64,000 bases of DNA from Eutreptiella sp. 'Long Island Sound 2002' (lineage: Eukaryota; Protista; Euglenida). A program made the position numbers and the translations under genes. Each line of letters starts with the position of its first letter. Positions within the stretch are counted from its first letter, which is position 1. The stretch spans positions 180,730,001 to 180,794,000 of the forward strand of contig OZ038378.1 in the NCBI GenBank assembly GCA_964036045.1, written 5' to 3'. The notes under the pieces were generated by a model. The model was not told the origin of the DNA. It made no database searches and worked only from the letters and a program-made list of their open reading frames with translations. This document shows, one piece after another, positions 39,501-51,500 of the stretch.

Positions 39501-42500
39501 AAGCCGCCTGGCGGTGGCGGGGTGACGGCGGAGGGGGAACATGACCAACAGTATTCGGTCGCGGCGGTGGGGGTGGGGAATCGTCCACCACAATATACCG
39601 TATTACTGGTATGACCTGAGACTGACACAGAAGATGAGTAACGTGTTTTTTTATACTGGCCGAAAAGATTTTCCACAAAGTGTGGAAATTGAGAAGAGGT
39701 CGGGCATTTGCGATGGGACCATGAGGTAATTTATTGGGGAGAGCGTAAAAGTATCCCCAATATATACCGTCCATGTCCCCTCCTGCCAACCATGTGTTGT
39801 AAAGCTGTACCAAGTGTAATAACTGCGAATCTGACAAGAAATTCACCATTCGGGCCTCTAACAGGTTTCGAAATGGAGTGGATCGTGGAAACTTTTTGAG
39901 CACTTTGCGTAGAAAACTTACCGTAAGTGTGAGAGGGGGAAATTGAGGGGGATCCCACTGGACCCATTGCAGAATATCATTGCGGTTCATATATAAAGGG
40001 GGTGAAAGATGTCGTTGACGAAATTGATCCAATGCAACCAAACCAATCATGTCTGCATGTGCATTGTGCTGTGATACATATGTAGGCTCAAGTGATGCAT
40101 TGTATGGTTGTCGAAATATTTTTCGGTAAAGGGGTTTTCTAGGTGCTTGCGCACCTGCTGACCCCCCCAAATTGTTGAGGGAAACCCGAATCTTGTTCTC
40201 CAAATGTATCATATCCCATGCTCGCCATATCTGTGATCTATGCTTCTGTAACTGCTGTGCCTGTGTTATATGTAACCACCACTGTGGGTGCTCTGTGATG
40301 TATGCTTGCATTCTTTGCATAGCCTTTTGCACTAACATGGGGGTTGAATATGCATCACATGGCTGCCCAAATACCTGCGTGGCTGCCTGTAAAATTGCAT
40401 GTGTAAAACTTTGCACCGTGATATCCAATGTGTCTGATGCATGCTGTGTGTATTCTTTATCGAAAACTCTCTGGAAATGAGCCAACTGAGTGGCTGTAAT
40501 TTCCACAGGTATGACATACCTATTGGTAGCATGGGTGCATTCTGGAGGGGGTAATGGGGTCACATCATATATACTCAGAATTAATGGGAAGTGATCAGAA
40601 GGGAACGAACAACGATGAATCACCTGTGTTATAGGAGGTGTGGTGTGTGTGACGGAAACCATGAAGTGATCCAATGCGCCAACATGCCCCTGTGCTGATA
40701 CCCATGTGGGTCCTTGTGATTGTTTCTTTACTGGATGTATGTTGGTATCTAGAAATGCATCGAGTATGGCTTCTGTGCGGGCGGGGCTGGATATGGGACA
40801 ATCATTATCCCAACCCGGATTCTGATTGAAGTCACCACCTACTATAGTGTACCAGTAGGCAGAAATCAAGAATGGTGCAACCCAGTTCAAGGTTGCTCTT
40901 ATTTCGTGTGCCTCTGCTTTAGATTTGAGGTACAAATTGACTACCTGAAAGGGTTTGTCATTGTACAAAAAGCGAACCACAATGGCTCGATGATCTGGGG
41001 AGAAATGTTGCTCTTGCATCTGTATTCCCAACACTCTGCGTAGCAAAATTGCTACTCCCAATGAATTCCGATCTGTATGCGTGTGAAATGCCATATATAG
41101 AGGATGGAACATGAAATCTGAGGGGAGTTTTCCTATCTCCTGCAACATGACAATGTCTGGGAATTCCATCTCTTTAATCCATACATGTAACTGTTTTGTC
41201 TTGTCTCGGATACTGATCTGAACATTGAATGATATGCATCGGACCGGCGACGTCTCATGAGGATTTTTTTCTTGGGCAGTGCAGTGAGGGACTGATACAA
41301 TGTCCATTGTGTGTAACAGGGACTGTCTCAATCTCTGTGGCAATTTTCCGGGTATTTTTAAAATCCTGCGTATGATGCGTGGTTTGAATATTGCCACCAT
41401 GAGAGTACTGGCTGCACCTGTGAGCATTGTATGTGTGATGGAATACTGTGTGAACCAGTACATAGGCAATATGAGCGAGTGTCCGGTGGGTACACGAATT
41501 GCAAATTGTGTACTTGTTTTTGTGCATCCTGAGATCTGCATAGCACCTTTCAGCTGAATGTAATAAAGCACATCAGCCCATTGAGTTAACAATGGAGCTG
41601 GCTGGTGTGTGTGCTTGAAATAATGGATGTGTATCAATCCAGCAGGGACTGGCAAAAGAGACAGAAGTTCTGCAGGAACTTCTCGGAAACTTACACACCG
41701 GTTGTTCTGAAACTGAAAACCCCACTGACTGTCAATGGCATTCCCAGTCAGAGGAGACACATACAATATTACTTGCTGTATCGGAAATTCTGACGGAAAG
41801 GGAACTGAATCTGGGGGGCTTTTAAGGTTGCCAGGGGTTTGGCCATCCTTGCTGTTCAGGTGTAGATGGCCAGGCATGGTTATGTACCGGTGCTTGTTGT
41901 GGTGCCCAATGATGCTGTGCATGCTGATGGGGTTGCCAGCCACTTGTGGTGGGAAGGCGAAAATGCTGTGGATTGGTATCTTTTACCCTCCTGTCTGGTG
42001 ATGGGGACCTGGATCTAGAACGAGAGTAATGTTTCTTTCCGTTTTTCTTTCGTTTTGGAGATCGTGATTTCGATCTGGATCGGCTCCGCTTCTTCTTGTG
42101 TGAGTTCTCCTTCTTTTTTGTACTGCTCTCTCTCCGATTTTTGTGGTCATCGGATTGATCCGATTCACTTGAATCATCATTCCCTTTTTTTTGTTTCTTT
42201 TTTCCAGATGAATGGCTGGCTTCTGGCGTAAAATATGAGGCTTGATGAAATCCCCTGGGAACCCATGGGGACCAGGGTTGTTTGGTGGCTTTTTTCCAAT
42301 TGATTCGCCACCCTGAAACGACTGTCATACCTGGTGTATTGGCTTGATCTTTTCCGTCCTCTGAGACTCCTAACATACAGAAAGACCGTGTGCCTTTCAC
42401 TGAGTCATCTGTGATGGAGCACAGGTTTTTTCCGAATACTGGTCTTAATGCAGTGCCCAAAATCCGGGCAGATATATCATGCTCTGGGGGGTCCATCACT

Positions 42501-45500
42501 GCATTCCATGCCACAAGGATACATATAGGAAATTTTGCAGGGTCTGATGACCTGGATTGAGATGTCTGTGCTGCTTGCTGATTTCTGTGTTCTGCCTGCT
42601 TGACAATGGTATGACCCGTCGAGATCGGGTCTTGGGGGGTTTCGTGCTCTGCCTGTGTGAAGAAATCTTTGATAACATGATCCAATTTGGGATGTGTAGT
42701 ATGCATGTTGAGAGTGTTCCACTGCTCATGTAGATCCGTAGGTGAGAGGTTACGAATCTCTGGCATGTTCAGGCTGACCGTCATGTGGAGCTTTTTGGCA
42801 AAGCCACTGATTTTCTCTGTAGGCTGGTGATTGATCCATTTCAATAGTTTGTGCATAGGCGGTGAACCTGGAATCTGTGTTTTTACTGTAGGAACTGGTG
42901 TTTTATCTTGAGCTGACTGAGGTGTGTTGTGTGTGGGTGACTCTCCTACTGGATCAGTATCATTCAAATACTTCAGTAAGTTTACTGTAGTGGGCCTGTG
43001 CTCTGGTATGAGTGCTGTGATAATGGGAAGCAAGTCCTGCCTGATACCTGTGACTGCTAAAAAAGTTGAGACAAGAGGAACAGAAGCCATATATTTGGCA
43101 TGGAGTGGAGGGAGACACGTGAAATTTTCGGGAGAAGACTCTTTCAAGAGGTCCACCAGACTTGGGGACGGTGGGCCTTCCCACTCACTTGCTTTCTGTC
43201 TGATTCTGACCAACATGGCGAATGCATTTGCGAAGTTCTCTGTGAGCTGTGGAAGCGTTAGTTCAGCTGTTTCGGATCTGTCTCTCATTTCTTGAAGCTC
43301 TGCTTGTAGAATCTTGATAGTGCCCTGCAATTCTTCGATCTGTTTGCTTTGCAATTTTATCGTGTTCTCTGCCTGCCGATGTTGCGTCTTGATATGATCC
43401 AGGTCCGCCTTGGTTGTTTCCAATCTTTGAGCATTCATACGCTGTGTGAGATGCTCCGGAATGAGAGGTTCTTCCTCTTTCTGCGAAAAACCATCATCCA
43501 ATGCCTGCAATAGGTCTGCACTCGTTCTGCTTGTTTTCTTCATGTCCAGCAAATTGGGGCTGTTTAGCAAGTCGATATAGTTGTCCTTTGGCTTGAGCAA
43601 TGCTGCAGTAGGAGCAGTAATCCATGAAGGTTTTTCCCCAGGCCAGGCTTCTTCAAAAACCGCTTCTGTTGCCACTTCCAAGATGGATTGGCGAATGATA
43701 TCTTGAGCTTTGTTCTGGTTCATCGCTTGTACGATTCCCTTGTTTCTGAGTGCATTTTGCTTGTGCGGAGGAGCCAATTTATCACTTGCCCATGCCAACA
43801 GATGATGATAAATTTGCAGATAATCCGATCGTGTGACAGTGGCAGTGCCTGTGAATGGTACAGTGTCTGGTAATCGGAACAGTTGTTCCTGAATACACTG
43901 TAGCCCAGACTTTTGTAATTCTCCCCATATTGTCTTGAGATGTACAGGAAGAGACTGTTCCATTGGTGTCAGCACAATGTTCTTGAAGAGTGTAGTATTC
44001 ACCTTCTTGTATTCTTGTCCCTTAATCTGCAGGAGCTTGCCAAATGTATCCTTGATCTCACTGTTCTCGATCTTTCGATACGTTTGATCCCACATCTTGA
44101 CAATATTTTTAATTGATGGTAGCTGCACTTGTATGTGTGCCAAAAGAGCTGGAGAGCGGGCTAGAGCGATTGGTATGTGTTCCACTTGCTGCTTCTTCTT
44201 TTCTTGCATGACTTCAGCTGTCACAGTGAGCAGGTATCCTTGTGGGGCCAATAGTACATTTATGCTGGAGACATAACTGATCTTGCCGACTATGGTAGTC
44301 CATCTGAGAGCATCACAGAGAGCTTGTACTTGTATTCCAGGCGCGAATGCAGCTGGTAAAGCACTTTCAGCTTCCTTGTACACATGAGCAGGAGTGAGAT
44401 CAATGTACTCTGTGAGAAGTCTCTGTAACTCTGGGTCTGATGAGTGTGCAAGCAGCTGCAACAAAGAAGCTTGATAGGGGACATGTTCCATGTCTGTACA
44501 CGGGACATGTAGGAAGTGATGTACTGAGGGAAATTTGTTCACTGATGAACCTGATTGACACATGACAATATATGTGTATCATATATTGTATAGCTTGTTG
44601 AAGAGTAAGGAAAGGGAAGCACTGGCCGCATGGGGTATGTTCTGATGAACACAGAGCCACTCTGGCTATTCTATGATAGTGAAACTGACCGCACGGGTTG
44701 CACTGTGTGCCTTTCCGCTCTGGTCTGTGATACTAATAACTAATGATTGTGCATGCCAGGTTTCAGGAAACACAGCAACATTAGTTAAAAATACCCTATT
44801 TTTTCCTGTAGCCTGATTGTGTCGTTTATCCCCGGGAGGCCTGGTACATGTCTCACGTGGAGTACTACAACGGGACTCGAACTGGCGTCGCTGGTGGTTA
44901 AAGACGACGAATATAACCACTCTACTATTGGACGAGTTCAGTGCTACTAGCTGTCTGACTTCTGATCTGGCTCTAAGTCTGGTATCTCCAATCGTCTACA
45001 TTATTACTCACTGCACTGTCGGTTGCCACGTGCTTCAGCGGGAAAACGCTGGAGCTCCACTCGCGGGATCCTGATTTCGATTCCCGGCCACCACGAGCAG
45101 TTTCCGCCGTTCGTGGTGGCTCACGGACGGGTGGTGTGGCAACCTCCCGCCACCTGTGGGCGGTGGCGGGGCGCACTGCTGCAGGCAGTGGGCAGGCATT
45201 TTTTTCTCCTGATCATGACCAAAAAAGGGGGTTTGTCAAAAGAGAAGCTAAAAGAGAAGCTAAAAGAGAAGCAACATCCCAAAGTGGCTCCGGTCACTCA
45301 TGTCTGTACCAAAACGGGAGACGTCGCGGCCTTCTGTCAGTTGTGGGCGGTGGCTGGGCGCACTGCAGTCAGTGGGAGTCGAACCGACGATCTTTCTGTT
45401 GACGAGTCTATGTTGTACTACTAGGCCGCTCCGTCTCCATGCCGTAGTCACGCATACCGGTTGCACTCGGATCTTGCAGAAAAAGAAAACTAAGCTATCA

Positions 45501-48500
45501 AGTTGCACCCAGGGCTCAGTGCCGCAGAGCATCCACAGGCACCGGCGCCAGCTTTACTTTGGGGGTAGTGTACACTCCCCAGGGATCATGCACACGGGCT
45601 TGGCGGTTCCACTGTACACAATATTATCAATATCTCTAAGGGGTCTTGTGTGTTTAGAATCTGCTGGTCCCCCCTTATTGACATTGGTAATAGTGGACCC
45701 GTGCTCCCTGCTTCGTACTGCCATCTGTTGAGTGTCTTGTCGCTCCCCTTTTCCGGTCTGTTGGCGCAGTTCTGAGCACTGTCGGGCCCTCACACCACGT
45801 CAAGGTCACCGGCCCTAGGGTCTGAGTAGGGCGTGAGGGTCGACCAGGGGGGGGGGGGGGGCGGTGATACATTGCGGCGTGTAGGCCAACCGAGCGCCCG
45901 CCTCATCCTTGCAGCACTCTGTCGACCCCTGCGCTTTATGGCCGCGGAGGTGGCCACGTTGGTACCTGCACTTCCGCCGCCGGAGGGTAGTCCTGCCACA
46001 AGCCATGCCCCTCATGGTACTGCCAGGAGAAGCAGTGCGGGTACCGCGCCTGGTAGTTCGCGAGGACGTGTGCGAGGACCTCCGGGTGCCCTGAGGTCGC
46101 CGCCGCTTCCACGAGGCCCTTGGCATGCGGAATGGAGTGCAGGAGGAAGTCGTCCGGGGCCGTGAGCCTTTGGACCTGCAATGACAGCGCAAGTGGAACG
46201 GAAACGCATCGCCCGACAGCGCTGGTTGTGACGGGGAGACGGGTCCCCCGCAGGCTTTGTTTATAAGAGGGGGGGGGGGTCCTTTGGCTCTGAGATCCAC
46301 CCATCCAAAAAAAAAATCTTGACCCAAAATTTGGCTGAGGGAAAATCAAGTTTGAATAAGCGGTCGTTTGTAGGACCCACCCAGACCCCCCACCCCTTAC
46401 GCATTAATTCCTTATAAACAAAACCTGGTGCCCCGGGTTGCAGGTTCGCACGCCGGGCGGACCGGAGCAGACACGCCACAGGCGCAGTTCTCTTTCAAAC
46501 CCCCCCAAAAGACCATGAACCCTCCGCAAGGCCCAACAAATACGCAGCATGTGCACCGGACAAGTGCAACGCGTAGCGACGGCACAAGAGCGTCCTGAAG
46601 CAGCGATAACCCGAAAAAGTAAAAGCGACGCATTTGCACATCCGGACCACCAGCAGCAGAATGCAGCTGCAGCGGGAACGCCAACGGCACCGCAAACACC
46701 GGCATTGACCAGAGAGTCTGGGCAGGAACCTGGGCTCTGAGGACGGGGGCGATGGTACGCACGAATACAACCGCAGATACCCGCATCTAGAGCGGTCTGA
46801 GACCCGGGAAAATCCAACGAGAAAATTGACGGGGCTGAATCTTGAGGGGGCAGCACCAGCCCACGACTGCGTTCATTTCACCGCCAACTGCATCAGCTGC
46901 TTCCCTACTCTGCCGGATCATCGCCGTCGGCTCCCTGGCAATGTGTCCCTGGACCACCGGCCTCCGTCCGCCGAGGCTGGGCGCCCTCGCTAAACCATTA
47001 TCCTGCCGCGTCAGGCTGTCCTTCGCATGGCAGTCAGAAAATTCCTTCCACACAGCCCTGACGCAGAGCTGTCAACGGACGGGGCCCGCACACCTTCTTC
47101 CGAGTGTTGGCGCCGGGGTCCGATTTCTTGGCGGTGGACGTCTTCGTGGCGAAGGCTCCGATGGGGGTCGGTGCGACGACCGCGTCGTGCGCCGAGTCCT
47201 CGCTGTCGTCCTCCATGTGCAGCGCAAAGCTGACCTTCGGGCAGTGGGCCGTAGCTTGGCACTTGGAGCCCACCGGAGACCCATACGGCGATCTGGCGCG
47301 GTCCAAGTCGCACTCGCTGGACACCGAAGCCGGTGACTTCTTCCGCAGATGCGCCTTCAGCCACTTGTGCAGCAACTGGGGGAGTGAGAGAGGCACAGAG
47401 CCAATGCTGTCTAGAGCACGCACACCTTCAGCAGGCGACACCAAGATCCATGAAGGAGCCAGAACATTGGCAATATTATGCGAAGAAAATTGATGCAATG
47501 TCGGATATTCGGAAACATAACCGATGACACTGAAAAATGGGAACAAAAACGAAAGGATGATGACTTTTTTTTTTGCACTGGCCTGCGGCTGTGAGCCCCC
47601 CAGAGCCCAACAGAACCACCCACCGTCACGCACCGCCACGCACAGTCACGCACCGCCACACACAGTCACAGACCGCCACACACAGTCACGCACCGCCACG
47701 CACAGTCACGCACCGCCACGCACAGCCAGGCCGCATCTCGGCTCAGAATCCCGTTCCGAGGGCACCCAGTCCACCGGCAAAGCCCCTATCTTTCGTCTGC
47801 CCCGCACAGAATGACCCAAACAGACACACAGAACCCCCAAAAGGCCATCACTTGGCCCAGGGGAGCGAGCGCTGTGGCCACCAGCAGCGCCCGACAACGC
47901 ACGGGTGCCCCTCTGGTCGCCCAGAAGGGCTCCAACTCCTCCTCCCCTGTCCCTCTGCGGGGCTGTGGGTGGCCCTGTGTGGCTCTGTGTAGCGGTTTCC
48001 TTTGCGGCGATGTGCCAATGCTGCAGAAGCGTCCACTCTACCTCCTCAGGTTGGGGTGCCAGTGGCACATGGTTGTGGCCATGGCATGTCATCTCCCAGC
48101 GGTTGCAGCCCTGTGTCGGGGACGCGCACTATCGGTTGACTATTTGATCCACACCTTGCCGCTAGAGAGTTGTTGCTAGAAGATGCTCCAGATCCATCCA
48201 AAGTCATGTGTCTCAGAGCGTTCTGTGTCCCTTTACAGCGTCATGTCTACCCTGAGCCCTTTGTGAAGGTCCCTGTCCAGGCCTATCAACATGAGAAACG
48301 CGAGCACCAGGCACCAGTGGGGCGGCCCATTACCCCCCACCCCCCGTTGAGCGAGCATGGCCGAAATTCCAAGAAATACGGTCGCCTGAGGCCATAATGC
48401 TTCGACAATGCCGTGGTTATCACAGCCTGAGCATACGGGAGGGGGGGGCAACCCTGCACGGCACAGAGAGCACCACATCACTGCCTCTGCCTCCCCTGCC

Positions 48501-51500
48501 CAAAGTGTCACCAACGCTGCACCCCTCTCCCCTAATTTGTGCGCAGCGGGAGGCAAAATGCAACAGCCCTTCGGATGCGCCTTTCTACATCGCACTCACA
48601 ACTGCGAGTGTGTCGCGGGGGGCAGAGTCCAGCAACCCCTGAAGGGGCACGCCCCTTGTCTCGGGGGCCCTGGAGGAGCCTGCCCCTCCCAACAGCCCCC
48701 TCCCCCCCTGTCGTGTGCCATGGGGACAGGATACAACTCCACAGGCGTATGCCCCACTTGCCCAAGTTGGTTGTCAACCCATCCGGATGCAGAGGGAGTT
48801 GCTTGGTCAACGGTGAGTGGGACCGTGGGGGAATGGAAGGCATTCTGCAGTGTCAGCCAGGATCGTGCTGCGCACACCCTTCCCCCTGCACCCCATTACC
48901 TTTTGATCATCTGAAGAGTCCTGCTTTGGAGTGCTTGACTTGCTTTCAATTTTGAATGGGTAGAAAGAGGGCTCTGCTGCCCAAAACAAACCCGCAGTAG
49001 GGGGGCACGCCGGCTGGCCCAAAAGCGTCGCCCCTCCCCTCCTACAGGTGGCTGAAAGTGCCCACATGGTCTTTGGCGGTACGTGGGATCTGGTGGTTAA
49101 CCCCCAAGAGAGGCCCGGGTGGTATTACTGTGCCTGTGACACCACGATAGGATGCGTGGAGGCCCTGTTTGCGGCCTCTAGCGAGCCCTGGCGAGGGTGG
49201 GCTGTGAAGGGCAGAGGTCAGCAGCCCTGCACGAGTATGCCACCCCCCACAGCACACTTCCCCGGGTCTGCGTACCCCCCTGTGTGACATTCCGTCTGGT
49301 TGTGTTTCTTTCTGTGTAGCCCCCACACACACAGCCGCCACAGCACAGCCAAGAGCGCACACCTGCGGACCAAGGGATTGACGAGACCCGGCGGAGGAGT
49401 TTTTGCTGCGTAAACGGGACGCGCCTCGGCTCACTGTGGCAGACGAGAAGCCCTGGTCCAACAATCGCATCAGCGGGCCCTCGTCCAGCTCCAGTCGGAA
49501 CGCGGGTCGTCCGTCGCCCAAGTGTGCGGAGATGCACCAGCCGGACGGGTACTGCTGCTCGTCAGAGGGCACGAAGTAGTACAGGTACAGCCCATGCACT
49601 AGCCCAATGTACACAGAGTAGAGGTTGTAGGACAGAAAGGGCTCAGATATGTACACATCGTCAAGCGCTGGATCGAGTCCCGTGATTGCCAAACTGCACT
49701 CGGCGTCGTCGATGAGGCTGGGCTTCTCTACCTCCGTGTAGCACGCCAGCAGCAGCTTGACGGCCCCGAGATTACCCACAGAGGCGGCGATGCAGACGAG
49801 GGACTGATGGTCGTGGCCCTGCGGCGGGAGGACGTAGCATTGGGGCCGGACCATGAGGAGGAACTCTACGACGTAGTTCGCGAAGTGCTGGACGGCCTGC
49901 ACGAGCAGCTCAGCGAGCTCCACATTGGTCACAGCCTCCATGTGCTGGGCCCACCAGCCCTGCACAAGACGTGGCACGTGGATGGCATCAGGGAGCAGGG
50001 CTGTACCTCACACGAAAAGTAATCCAATATGCCTCAGTAGACAATGTATAACCGATGTCAGTTAAATCGATCCTGTAGACTGATGGCGGGCAGGGGCTAA
50101 CTGATAGTGGTTGGTGACGAACCGTAAAACTGGCCTGCAATGGCCAGCGGCAGGCGGCTGGCCAAGGGCGGTTGGCCGGCAACCGCCGCCAGTTTGCCGG
50201 TGCCCGAATCTACGGGGATTGTGGCAGTTGAGTACTGGTCCCCGGCATCCGCAGCAGGGGAGTCATTTTTGGCATTGTTGAATGCCCCATTTCATTCTGA
50301 GCATTGCGAATGCACACAAGTGGGGGGTGGGGGTAACAAATCGTTCCTCGTGCACCATGACCCAAATGAACCTGCGAAAGCACAACAAGCGGCACAAAAT
50401 ATAGGCCTACTGATTTCCAGGAGAAAATCCATCGGCTCGCTCTTTCTGCCGCCGCAACCAGTATGACCAGTACGTTCCGCAGAGCCGCACAGCCTCTGCG
50501 TCCCCCTAACGACGAACTGCGACAAAGGAGGAGGAGGAGGAGGAGATGTGGTCCCTCAGTAGGGCGCACCCGCGGCACATCCCCACGGTGCCCGCCGGCC
50601 CTCACCGGTCTGACCGCGACCGAGAGGGGGGTCTCTGTCCCGACCCGTCCGGCTAAGCATCATGGCGGCGGCTCTCCTCTTCGTCTCCTCCTCTTGTCCC
50701 CTGGCCCACACAACGCGCACGCACTGCCGCCTTACACGGTGCTAGAACCCCCCAGGGGCACGGATTCGGGGGCGAGGCGGAGCGCCGGCTCCACTTCCGG
50801 CACGGTCCACCACCCCCCCTCAGGGAGGGGGACGCAGTCTCACGGGTGTGGGCCCTTAGCCCGCCAGGTACTACCAACTGGGCAGCGTTTGGCCGGCAGG
50901 TCTCGGGGGCTTGGTCCATAGCCTGACCCCCCCCCCCCCTACCGCACAGCACTCCTGCTGGAGGTGTCCGTGCGGGGACCAAGACACACTCTCCCCAGGC
51001 GCCTGTCCCACCGGGAACGCACCTGAGCTCGAGCTCGACGCGTTCCGCAGAGCTGCACAGCCTCTGCGTCCCCCTAACGACGAACTGCGACAAAATGCGC
51101 CCAACTGCGCTGCGCAGTTGGGCGCCGAACTGCGCATGCGACCAAAATTGGCGCAGTTCGGCGCACTTTTGCTCAGCTGGGCGCACTTTGGCACAATTCA
51201 GCGCATGAGACCAAAATAGGCGCAGTTCGGCGACACCAGATCACACCAAACCGCATAGCTGTGCCACCGTCGTGACAAACGCCACGCCGCCCAACGCCAC
51301 GCCACGCCACGCCACACTACAGCTGGGGAATGCTGGTGCCCAACATGCCAGTCATACCACGATGGCGGTGTCAGAGGCCAGCAGCTGCTCGCACTGCTGT
51401 CGCCAGCATTTGCTGTGGTACAGGCGCTGCTCGGTGCACGCATCCCAGCGGTCCTCCACAACCTTCTGCTTGCAGTGCACGCACAGCGCATGCCGCATGT

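Larger units (their letters stand above)
35300..45040 (-). mobile_element. Non-LTR retrotransposon (APE-RT-RNase H type), near full length, intronic and sense to the host gene; ends approximate
   Basis: Two long ORFs with lower GC than the host exons; APE, RT and RNase H motifs; no poly(A) tail or TSD identified. Confidence 0.9.
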
